A DNA stretch of 63,897 nt, taken from a virus (taxonomy: Duplodnaviria; Caudoviricetes). The translations under genes were made by a program, and so were the position numbers. Below the pieces are notes generated by a model. It was given only the letters and a program-made list of their open reading frames with translations. It made no database searches and had not been told where the DNA came from. This document shows, piece by piece, positions 34,973-42,486 of this stretch (position 1 is its first letter; each line of letters begins with the position of its first letter). Location: positions 1-63,897 of the IMG/VR virus record IMGVR_UViG_3300046782_000223, one strand, 5' to 3'.

Positions 34973-35876
34973 AGTGCGGGTCCAGCTTGCAGGCCGGGAT
35001 GTTCTTCGGCGGCCCGGCGTGGTGACGACGCGGCGCAGCGTAGGACTGCGCCTCCGGCGGGTTGGGGATGGGAGCCATGACCGGCGGCGGCGCGGGCGGG
35101 ATGTTGTTGTTGATCACCACCGGCGAGATGGGGGCCGGCGGCGGCACAACCACGGCCACCTCGTACTTCTGGCGGCAGTCCTGGCCGACGGCGGCGTAGG
35201 CGGCCGCGACGTCCTTGTCCTGGCACATCAGGGCGCGGGCCGCGGCCCGATCGCCGAGCGTCTGGGCCATCTCTCGAGCGTTCAGGCGGCGCACGCACTG
35301 GCTGTCGTTCCACGTCGTGCCCAGCGTGCCGCCGAAGCCCATGACGCTGACCCCACCCGAGGTGGAGCCCATGCAGGTCTCGGTCAGCGTGGTCGACAGC
35401 GCCGGGGCGTAGACCTGGGGAGTTGTCTCCAGCTTGGTCTTGTTGGGGGCGACGTTGTTGAAGGTGATGTTCTGGGCGTTGCCCTGGTTCGACGCGTTCG
35501 GGTTGGCCGTGGCCGAGGACGTGGACGCCCCGGTGGTGGCCGTGCCGCCCGTCGCGTTGGAGTTGGCCGTCGAGCTACCGCCCGCGCCGCCCTCGCTGTG
35601 CGAGATCGAGCCCGAGAGCGAGTTGGCGCTGCTGTCGGAGGTGGACGTGGTCGGGCCGACGCGGACGCTGCTGTCGATGGGTCCGACGGAGCTACCCCCG
35701 TTGACCAGGGACTGCTGCTGCTGGGCGTTGGACGCCGAGTTGGAGTTGGAGCCGACGCTGGCCGGCGCGGTGCCGGCGTTCTGTTCGGCCGGCGCTTGCT
35801 GCGCGAAGGCCGGGGTGATGGTCGTGAAGGCCAGCGCCAGAGCGCAGGCAGCCGTGGTGAAGTAGCGGTTGTTCAT
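34947..35876 (-). CDS. Secreted Ser/Thr/Asn-rich protein with Cys-containing C-domain and Pro-rich tail
   Basis: Sec signal ending PAFA-Q; low-complexity S/T/N/G region; TCMGS...C.R.....LMC. Confidence 0.8.
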   Translation of the reverse strand: MNNRYFTTAACALALAFTTITPAFAQQAPAEQNAGTAPASVGSNSNSASNAQQQQSLVNGGSSVGPIDSSVRVGPTTSTSDSSANSLSGSISHSEGGAGGSSTANSNATGGTATTGASTSSATANPNASNQGNAQNITFNNVAPNKTKLETTPQVYAPALSTTLTETCMGSTSGGVSVMGFGGTLGTTWNDSQCVRRLNAREMAQTLGDRAAARALMCQDKDVAAAYAAVGQDCRQKYEVAVVVPPPAPISPVVINNNIPPAPPPVMAPIPNPPEAQSYAAPRRHHAGPPKNIPACKLDPHYACPAAHD

Positions 35877-35908
35877 GTAGGTGCCCCACCTGTTGGGATT
35901 GAGAGGAA

Positions 35909-35932
35909 CGGGGGGAGCCGAAGCTCCCCCCG
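35909..35932 (-). terminator. cUUCGg hairpin (weak terminator or mRNA stabiliser)
   Basis: cggggggagc TTCG gctccccccg followed by ttcctctc on the - strand. Confidence 0.6.
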
Positions 35933-35980
35933 CCTAGTGCAGCCTAAGAAGGAGAACCGCCGCAGCGGCGGTCCTCGTTC

Positions 35981-36331
35981 TTAGAAAGGCCAGGAAGCGT
36001 GGCTCGCCGCGGCCGCCGAACCCGCCTGATTGGCGCCCGAGGTGCTGAGCGACAGGCCCGTCTGGGTGTGGACGGACACGGTCGAACCCGTGGAGGTGCT
36101 GCCCGAGGTGGCGGCGACCGGGCTGAAGAAGCCACGGCTGGCGGCCGCAGCCGCACCGGAGGTGTTGGTGGCGGCGTTCACGCCAACCGACGTGGACGGG
36201 CCGATCGACACGGTCGTCGAGCCGGAGTTGACGGCGGAGTTCGCCGAGGTCGAGGCGGCGATGTCGGCCGAGGCCGCGCCGGCCATCGCCAGCAGAGCCA
36301 GGGCGGCAACGCCCGCGAGCAGGTTCTTCAT
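35981..36331 (-). CDS. Small secreted Ser/Thr/Ala/Gly-rich protein (116 aa)
   Basis: Sec signal MKNLLAGVAALALLAMAGAASA; nearly uncharged mature part. Confidence 0.75.
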   Translation of the reverse strand: MKNLLAGVAALALLAMAGAASADIAASTSANSAVNSGSTTVSIGPSTSVGVNAATNTSGAAAAASRGFFSPVAATSGSTSTGSTVSVHTQTGLSLSTSGANQAGSAAAASHASWPF

Positions 36332-36509
36332 GGAATGCATTCCTGAACTTGAATGAGCGCGAATTGAGCGGGTCGCACCCGTTTCCCCCACCAAGGAAGC
36401 CTTGGCCGCAGCAGGCGTAGCATGGTGTTGTTACGCTTGCCAATAGGTCTTGTGGCGCTTTCGTGACCGACGGCGTTATGATGGGCTGGGGACGCACGGA
36501 GGACACGTC

Positions 36510-36665
36510 ATGGTCGCCACACTCGCCACCGTCCTGCTGGTCGCGGCGATGCTGCTGATCGCCTTCTACACGCCGTACCCGAATGCCTGGATGAAGTGGG
36601 CGGTGCCCATCGCCATCGTCATTGCGGTGCTGCTGCTCGCCGCGCCGCAGTTCATGCACGCCTAG
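36510..36665 (+). CDS. Small two-TM membrane protein (holin-like topology)
   Basis: GGAGG SD; two hydrophobic helices. Confidence 0.6.
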   Translation: MVATLATVLLVAAMLLIAFYTPYPNAWMKWAVPIAIVIAVLLLAAPQFMHA

Positions 36666-36693
36666 ACGCGTGCGTCGTTCACAGGAGGGCCGG

Positions 36694-36843
36694 ATGGCCA
36701 AACCTCCCCCGATGAAGCCGTTCCCGCCCAAGGGCGATGGTGGCGGACAGGCGCTCAAGGGCGCGAAGGGTGGCAAGCCCGGTGCGCCGGCCACGCCCAC
36801 CGGCCGCGGCAAGCCGACCAAGCCCTACCCGCCGGGGTTCTGA
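36694..36843 (+). CDS. Small Pro/Gly/Lys-rich protein (49 aa)
   Basis: AGGAGG SD. Confidence 0.6.
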   Translation: MAKPPPMKPFPPKGDGGGQALKGAKGGKPGAPATPTGRGKPTKPYPPGF

Positions 36844-36844
36844 G

Positions 36845-37111
36845 GTGATCGCCCTGGTGCTGGTCCTGATGCTCGGGACCCCGGACCCGCCTGTGCGCGC
36901 GGGTGATCCCATCCCCGGCGTGCCGAACACGGCCACCGAGGCGGCCAAGCCCAAGCACGACACGGTCAAGAACGCGGTCGGCAACGTGAAGGCGGTGGTC
37001 GCCGAGCCGCCCCCCTGCACGCCCAGCCCGTGCAAGGCGGCGTCAGCGTCCGACCCGATCCCCGGCGTCGACGACGCCCGGCCCACGCCTCAGAAACCGA
37101 AGTTCCCCTAA
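36845..37111 (+). CDS. Pro-rich protein with hydrophobic N-terminus
   Basis: GTG right after the upstream stop; DPIPGV occurs twice. Confidence 0.45.
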   Translation: MIALVLVLMLGTPDPPVRAGDPIPGVPNTATEAAKPKHDTVKNAVGNVKAVVAEPPPCTPSPCKAASASDPIPGVDDARPTPQKPKFP

Positions 37112-37128
37112 CAGGCGAGTGCGAAGCC

Positions 37129-37269
37129 ATGCCCCTGAACAAGTCAGGATCAAAGAAGGCCGTCAGCGAGAACATCAAGACCGAGATCGCCGCCGGTCGC
37201 CCGCAGAAGCAGGCCGTGGCCATCGCGCTGGACACCCAGCGCCGGGCCGGCAAGGGCGGCAAGAAGTAG
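37129..37269 (+). CDS. Small basic conserved phage protein (MPL.K..S...S.NI..E...G.PQKQAVAIA type)
   Basis: Recognisable motif common in phage genomes. Confidence 0.75.
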   Translation: MPLNKSGSKKAVSENIKTEIAAGRPQKQAVAIALDTQRRAGKGGKK

Positions 37270-37280
37270 GGCCGGGACGG

Positions 37281-37319
37281 GACCCCCGCTGCGCATCCGT
37301 CCTTCGCGCGGCGGGGGTC
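37281..37319. terminator. Hairpin between convergent genes
   Basis: gacccccgctgcgc ... gcgcggcgggggtc. Confidence 0.55.
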
Positions 37320-37327
37320 TTGACGCC

Positions 37328-37888
37328 CTAGGACTTGGGAGCCGGGGTGTCAGGCAGTTCGTTGCCCGGGGTGGTCGGCCCACCGCCCGGCAGGGTGTTG
37401 TCGATGCCCGGCTGGTCGCCCGGCAGAGCGTTGTCGGGCCGGTCGCCGCTGACCCCGAAGCCCGGGTCGACCGGGCGCTGGCCGTGCGGCAGGCTGTTGT
37501 CGATCTGGCCGGGGGGTCCGCCCGGCAGTTCGTTGCCCGCGCTCGGGCCGCCGGGGCCGGTGACGACCACCGGGCTGATCTCGCCGCCGATGGCCACGCC
37601 CTTGGCGATCACGGTGATGGAGAGGGTGGCCTCGACCTCGGTCGTGCCCTCGCCCAGGTCGCTGTCGGCGACGGCGGTGATCACGGCTTCACCGGCGCTC
37701 GGGCCGGCGGTGATGGTGGCGATCATGCCGGAGGCGGTCTCGGTGCCGCTGCCCATCTTGGCTTCGACAGAGGCCACGGCGGGGTTGGACGACATCCAGT
37801 CGACGGCTCCGTCGACCTCAGCCGGGTTGCCGCTGGCGTTGACGAATTGGACCGACACGTCGACGGCGTGGTTGGCGAGCAGTTTCAT
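37328..37888 (-). CDS. Ig-like domain protein with C-terminal (D/G)N-x-LP repeats
   Basis: V.W.SSNP.VASV Ig/Big-like motif; GNELP, DNSLP, DNALP, DNTLP, GNELP. Confidence 0.7.
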   Translation of the reverse strand: MKLLANHAVDVSVQFVNASGNPAEVDGAVDWMSSNPAVASVEAKMGSGTETASGMIATITAGPSAGEAVITAVADSDLGEGTTEVEATLSITVIAKGVAIGGEISPVVVTGPGGPSAGNELPGGPPGQIDNSLPHGQRPVDPGFGVSGDRPDNALPGDQPGIDNTLPGGGPTTPGNELPDTPAPKS

Positions 37889-37915
37889 GGGCGCGGCTCC
37901 TGGGCTTGAGTGAAG

Positions 37916-38614
37916 TCACGCTTGTGGCTCAGGATCGTGACGCCTGCAAGTGTGCTGGTTTGTCGTTCTCGGAGGGTCCAGCAGCAGGTCGTAGCCGCTC
38001 AGTCCGCCGTAGTAGCGGCGGCGCAGCGTGGTTTGGTTTATCCCAGACCACGCTGACCAGTCGGTGGCGCACATGGTCAGGCCCAGGAAGGTGATGTTGA
38101 CGTTGATGCGGGTGTTGCGGCGCTGCACGTCGCCCGTCGCCCAGATGCAGTTACCCGGCTCGTAGTCGCCGTTGTTGTCGCGGCGCTCGATCGAGTGCTC
38201 CGGCGTGGGCGGATCACCCATGTCGGCCAGGAAGTTCTCGAACGTACGCCAGCGTTCACAGACGGCGATGCCGCGGGCTCCGTAGAGGTGGTAGTGGTTG
38301 TCGCTCGGGTAGTCGCAGCGTTTCCGCAGGTTCTTCCAGCACTGGTAGACCTTGCTCGATGCGTAGCCCTGCGTGTGACCGTGCCGCAGGCGCAGGTTGG
38401 TGATGCGGTCCAAGGCCAAGCATCCGCAGGAGCGCGTCTGCCCACTCGTCAGTTTCTCGGTCTGGGCCTCGGTCTCCATGCCGCAGGCACACCGGCACAG
38501 CCAGAGGCGGCTACGCCTGCGGCGCGGTGTGTCGCCGTGGCCGGACCCGAGGCACTCGACCGCCGTCAGACGTCCAAACGTCTGGCCGGTGAGGTCCAGG
38601 GGACGTCCAGTCAC
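37916..38614 (-). CDS. HNH homing endonuclease-like protein
   Basis: DLTGQ.FGRL..WLC.C.CG..SCGC; YG.RGI.VC.RW..F..F..DMG; SIER.DN.G.Y.P.NC.WAT. Confidence 0.88.
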   Translation of the reverse strand: MTGRPLDLTGQTFGRLTAVECLGSGHGDTPRRRRSRLWLCRCACGMETEAQTEKLTSGQTRSCGCLALDRITNLRLRHGHTQGYASSKVYQCWKNLRKRCDYPSDNHYHLYGARGIAVCERWRTFENFLADMGDPPTPEHSIERRDNNGDYEPGNCIWATGDVQRRNTRINVNITFLGLTMCATDWSAWSGINQTTLRRRYYGGLSGYDLLLDPPRTTNQHTCRRHDPEPQA

Positions 38615-38910
38615 CGGCGCTTTCCTGCGATGGCCTCTGACACGCGTGCGCTGTTCACCTTGAACTTGGCGGCGATCTCATGGAAGGCCCGGGTCGGATG
38701 GTCGTAGTGGTAGTTGCGGATGCGCGCGGCCAGCACCGGGTTCATCGGCGGGCTGCGGGTGGCCGCCTTGGTCACCGCCGGGCGGCGGTGCATCTCGCTC
38801 TCGATCCACCGCAGCTTCTCGGCCAGGGCCTCGCGTTCGGCGCGCGCCGCGAATGGGAGCCGGTCGGCGATGGCGAGCAGGTCGCGTCTCAGTTCGGGAA
38901 TACGGGCCAT
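38611..38910 (-). CDS. HTH-containing protein
   Basis: C-terminal EIAAKFKVNSARVSEAI. Confidence 0.65.
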   Translation of the reverse strand: MARIPELRRDLLAIADRLPFAARAEREALAEKLRWIESEMHRRPAVTKAATRSPPMNPVLAARIRNYHYDHPTRAFHEIAAKFKVNSARVSEAIAGKRR

Positions 38911-38922
38911 GACACACCCCGG

Positions 38923-39162
38923 TCAGGTCGGATCGCTGGACGGGATGGTGGCCGGCTGGGCCTTGCGACTGCGCTTGCGGCCGCCGCCGCGCGACGCCTG
39001 CCCGCCCTTGGACCCGGCTGAGGTGGCCAGGGCGCGGTCCTTGGCGAACGATCGTTTCTCGCTGGGGACGGATGCGCCGCCCTTGCGGGCGATCTCGCGA
39101 CGTCGCTCGGGGCTCATGGCGGCGAACCCGCGGCGGGCGCGGGGCTTGGGGGCGTCGGTCAT
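38923..39162 (-). CDS. KGG-repeat general stress protein
   Basis: RGFAAMSPERRREIARKGG...LA..AG.KGG. Confidence 0.9.
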   Translation of the reverse strand: MTDAPKPRARRGFAAMSPERRREIARKGGASVPSEKRSFAKDRALATSAGSKGGQASRGGGRKRSRKAQPATIPSSDPT

Positions 39163-39194
39163 GGTTTACTCCTTCACTGTAGGTGTAGCTGTGC

Positions 39195-39212
39195 AATTGC
39201 CCGATGGCAATT
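39195..39212. promoter_or_regulatory. AATTGCC-N4-GGCAATT box 9
   Basis: AATTGCC cgat GGCAATT, upstream of the KGG gene SD. Confidence 0.8.
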
Positions 39213-39219
39213 AGCTCGG

Positions 39220-39528
39220 CTATTCGTTTCGTTGGGTGGTGTCGATCACCTGCTGCATGGCTGCGCAGCGTTCGAGGGCTTCGCAGGCGAGCGGCTCCTC
39301 TAGGAACCCCACGAGGCGCGCATGGACGATGTAGGCGCGGTACTCGTCCAACTCGTCCTGCGAGCAGCGCATGGCCCCCAGCACGTACTGTGCGCGGCCG
39401 TAGTCGGTCAGGATGGCCGCGGTGGCCACGCGCGAGGCCAGCCAGCCGATGCGGTCCTGAAACGCCCCATCGTCGGCGAACCAGCGGTGTTCCAGGGCTT
39501 CCAGGGCGCTCAAGGCCACGTCAGTCAC
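39220..39528 (-). CDS. Hypothetical protein
   Basis: Overlap-coupled ORF. Confidence 0.55.
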   Translation of the reverse strand: MTDVALSALEALEHRWFADDGAFQDRIGWLASRVATAAILTDYGRAQYVLGAMRCSQDELDEYRAYIVHARLVGFLEEPLACEALERCAAMQQVIDTTQRNE

Positions 39529-39766
39529 GCCCGTCGTAGAAGCGCGAGCGCCGCCACTTGGTCAGGGCCTTGCGGTAGCCTTCGGCCCCCGCCTCCTGAT
39601 CGGCGGCCTCCAAGGTCGCAATGGCCAGGATGGCCATGAACCTATCCCACTGGCGACGCGTACATCTGCCCACGTCCAGGGCCATGAGCAGCCCCTCGAA
39701 CTCGACCACGATCTCCGGGGGGAGCGGGTCGTTGGGGCGCATCCATTTTACGTCGATGGCTGGCAT
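39521..39766 (-). CDS. Hypothetical protein
   Basis: Overlap-coupled ORF. Confidence 0.55.
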   Translation of the reverse strand: MPAIDVKWMRPNDPLPPEIVVEFEGLLMALDVGRCTRRQWDRFMAILAIATLEAADQEAGAEGYRKALTKWRRSRFYDGRD

Positions 39767-40077
39767 GGCGGGGACGCGTCCCTGAGTATGGCCTCGACCA
39801 GCTTGGTCAGGTCATTGCCGGTGTCGAGGCTGATCTCCCCGGTCAGGACCAGCGCGGTCACCGCGGCCCTGTATTGCGCGACCGGCATGTGAATGTCGGG
39901 CAGGTCGATGGTGGCGTCCTGCTCGGCCACCGCACGCAGCATGCGGCTCAGGCCCACGGTGTCCACGTCGTGGATCAGGGCGCGCACCGCAGGGTCGCGA
40001 AGGCGGTCGGGGTTGTCGTTCAGACTGGCCACGCGATGATCCCGGAATTTTAGAGCCACAGGTAGCGCAGCGGGCAT
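39748..40077 (-). CDS. Hypothetical protein (MPAALPVALK...)
   Basis: Protein-like C-terminal part of the long ORF; start uncertain. Confidence 0.5.
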   Translation of the reverse strand: MPAALPVALKFRDHRVASLNDNPDRLRDPAVRALIHDVDTVGLSRMLRAVAEQDATIDLPDIHMPVAQYRAAVTALVLTGEISLDTGNDLTKLVEAILRDASPPCQPST

Positions 40078-40499
40078 CTCCACCACTGGTGCTCGATGGC
40101 GTCCAGCACATGGGCGGTGACGTCCGGCTGGCCAGTGGCCAACGCGTTCTCGATGAGGATGGCGCGCAGGAGCTTGTAGCGCCGGCGGCTGATGCGCCGC
40201 TGGGCCAGGGCGTTCACGAGCGGGGACGCGCGCTGATAGATTTCGTCGGGGACCATCAACTCCCATGCGGAGGCGAAGTGGAGATGCAGCGTGGGCTGGG
40301 TGGGCGGCAGGCGAAGGCCAAGCCACCCCATCCAGCCTGGACGCAGGTGCTTGTGACCCATGCGCACCGTCACGCCCACGGCGATGCGCGCTCCATCCTC
40401 GCCCATTGGGAAGACGGGTCCACCTGCGTTCGATCGGGGTTGTTGGCTCGGAAGCGTCATCAGAGGTTGGTCTCCCAGGTTCGGGGCGTATTGATCCAC
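40050..40499 (-). CDS. Hypothetical protein
   Basis: Operon position; start uncertain. Confidence 0.5.
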   Translation of the reverse strand: MDQYAPNLGDQPLMTLPSQQPRSNAGGPVFPMGEDGARIAVGVTVRMGHKHLRPGWMGWLGLRLPPTQPTLHLHFASAWELMVPDEIYQRASPLVNALAQRRISRRRYKLLRAILIENALATGQPDVTAHVLDAIEHQWWRCPLRYLWL

Positions 40500-40771
40500 A
40501 CATGCTGAAGGTATGCCAAGAACTCTTTGGTGAGGTCCACCTGCCCGGTGACGATTGCGTTATGCGCCAGCCAACTCCGCAGGCGATGATAGTCGCGCCG
40601 GTTCAGGGTTTCGGTTTTAGCGAGAAGCAGGATCGCGAGATAGGCGTTTACGTGGTGCGTCATCTCATATGTGGCCAAGGGATCGGCCGTAAGTAGCGAG
40701 TACGCGCGGTTTTGTAGGTGACGTGGGCCACTCATCGCGGTGTCGGAACGCTTAAATTTAGGTGTCGGCAT
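40460..40771 (-). CDS. Hypothetical protein
   Basis: First ORF after the AT-rich region; candidate TTGACT-N18-TACCTT promoter upstream. Confidence 0.5.
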   Translation of the reverse strand: MPTPKFKRSDTAMSGPRHLQNRAYSLLTADPLATYEMTHHVNAYLAILLLAKTETLNRRDYHRLRSWLAHNAIVTGQVDLTKEFLAYLQHVWINTPRTWETNL

Positions 40772-40789
40772 GGCTTAAAGGTACGATTA

Positions 40790-41165
40790 GAGCGTGGCCG
40801 TAGTCAAGCAGGCCACTGATTTTGCTGGGAGAGTTGGCAATTTTCCGCAATTTACACGGGGAGGGCTGAAGTTTTCACGCGGATGCTCAATGAAATCAAT
40901 TACTTGACATAATTTTCATTTTTACACGGCAAAACAGGGGAGCGTGATTTGGTTTTGGGTGGATTTTAGGCCGCCGAGATAATTTTATCTCACGCCCGCG
41001 CGCATACGAGCTTATACTTTTTTGAATGTAAATTATGTAAAGATGTAAAGAACCTAAAAACCCCTGATAAATCAGTGCGTTACTATTTACATTCTAATTT
41101 ACACGGCCTGTTAGCTCGTAGAAGTGTAAGGAAATCAAAGCGGTGGCCGATCCGCAGGATTTTGA
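40790..41165. other. AT-rich non-coding region, putative replication origin
   Basis: Sharp GC drop; TTTACACGG three times (40851, 40921, 41098) and clustered TGTAAA. Confidence 0.55.
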
Positions 41166-41238
41166 TTTCCCCTCGTGGCCGACCGCGGGATTTTGATATG
41201 CAGTCGTGGCCTAACACGCCGGCCACGCGTCCGCCGCT

Positions 41239-41256
41239 AATTGCCAGCTGGCAATT
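41239..41256. promoter_or_regulatory. AATTGCC-N4-GGCAATT box 10 (perfect palindrome)
   Basis: AATTGCC agct GGCAATT, just past the terminator. Confidence 0.8.
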
Positions 41257-41263
41257 GGGCAAT

Positions 41264-41295
41264 AAAAAACCCCCACGCGTTTCCGCGTGGGGGTT
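41264..41295 (-). terminator. Rho-independent terminator
   Basis: cccccacgcg GAAA cgcgtggggg followed by TTTTTT on the - strand. Confidence 0.9.
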
Positions 41296-41308
41296 CTGTT
41301 AGTGGCCG

Positions 41309-42127
41309 TTAGGCGTTGGCCGCCGCGCCGTTGGCTTTAGCAGGCGCTTTCGCGCTTGCCAAAACCGCCTTGGCGTTCGCGCGAGCGTCCGCCTTCGCGC
41401 CGTCGGCGACAATGCCAAGGGACCATTTGTCATATTCGGAACGATACTCAGTGAGGATCGTAACGAGACGCTTGGCCGCCTGATCGTTGCCGCGCATCAG
41501 GATCAGCGCGGCGGCGAGCGCGGGCTTAACGTCAAGCCCGCCTTCCGCGTCCGCGACCGTTCCCGCGCTCGCCGCTTGCGCGGCGACCGTGACGGGCTTC
41601 GCGTTGCTCGCCTTAGCGCCAGCCTTGCGACCGCGCTTGCTAGTCGCCTTTCCAGTGACGGAAGGCGCGACCATAGGCGTTCCGTCCGCCAGCTTGAAAG
41701 TCTCAAGCAACGGGCGAACGCGACGCAAGTAAGCGTCGCGGCTTTCCCCGGCGGACGGCGCAAGCGACGCGTCGCCGGTAAGCAACGCGAGCGCGATTAC
41801 CTTAAAGCGGCTCATGTACTCAGTGACGCGTGCGTCATTGAGACCGGAACCCTTAAAGGTTTCCGCCAGCGTCGGGCGCATTTGCTTATCCCATTGGCCA
41901 TAGGTCAACGGGACGCCAATGGCCGCCGCAATGAGACGCGTCCGCGCCACAAAGGTCGCGGACGCGCCTTCCGTTTCGACCGCCAGCTTGACGAAAGCCG
42001 TAGAGACCGCGAGCGCGGTATCAGCGGAAAGCGTCAAGGCGAGCGGAGCCGAGGCTTGCGCGACGTCCAAAGCCGGAGCCGAAACGGTGGAAACCGGAGC
42101 GGCGACCGTGGTTTGCTTCTTAGCCAT
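41309..42127 (-). CDS. Ala-rich hypothetical protein, probable first early gene (MAKKQTT...)
   Basis: Own promoter and terminator; AAGGGA SD; atypical codon use. Confidence 0.7.
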   Translation of the reverse strand: MAKKQTTVAAPVSTVSAPALDVAQASAPLALTLSADTALAVSTAFVKLAVETEGASATFVARTRLIAAAIGVPLTYGQWDKQMRPTLAETFKGSGLNDARVTEYMSRFKVIALALLTGDASLAPSAGESRDAYLRRVRPLLETFKLADGTPMVAPSVTGKATSKRGRKAGAKASNAKPVTVAAQAASAGTVADAEGGLDVKPALAAALILMRGNDQAAKRLVTILTEYRSEYDKWSLGIVADGAKADARANAKAVLASAKAPAKANGAAANA

Positions 42128-42170
42128 AGTGTGTATCCCTTTGAAAAGATTGAACAAAAGAGAGGCTCGC

Positions 42171-42188
42171 AATTGCCATAGGGCAATT
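42171..42188. promoter_or_regulatory. AATTGCC-N4-GGCAATT box 11
   Basis: gcAATTGCC atag GGCAATTgc. Confidence 0.8.
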
Positions 42189-42309
42189 GCGTTCCCGTCA
42201 CCTAAGCGGCGACGCACATAGGCCAGCCGCTCCCCCCGTTCCGGGGGAGGGTGTGAGCCTAATTCACCTTGTCAAAGAGCGCGCCGGACACACTTCGCCC
42301 GACCCCTTA

Positions 42310-42338
42310 AGTGTCGCCTAGTAGACGGGGCACGTCAA
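42310..42338 (-). promoter_or_regulatory. Sigma70-type promoter (leftward, early)
   Basis: TTGACG-N17-GACACT; spacer tgccccgtctactaggc resembles that of the 14.1 kb promoter. Confidence 0.6.
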
Positions 42339-42486
42339 GCGGGGCACGCGTGGCGGGGTAGGGGGGCATGGGGCCAGGGGTGCCGGGTGGGGGTGGGTCG
42401 CTTAAGCACCGCTCTCAGCACGAGACCCCAAAAACCCCCAAGCGTCTAATGAGCAGACGTTAACGTAGCGTCACGCAAAAATACGC

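Noticed and set aside
12492-42188. CRISPR array or integron attC array formed by the palindromes
   Set aside because: Copies are 0.5-9.5 kb apart with no regular spacers; no cas operon or integron integrase; no attC GTTRRRY/RYYYAAC ends noticed
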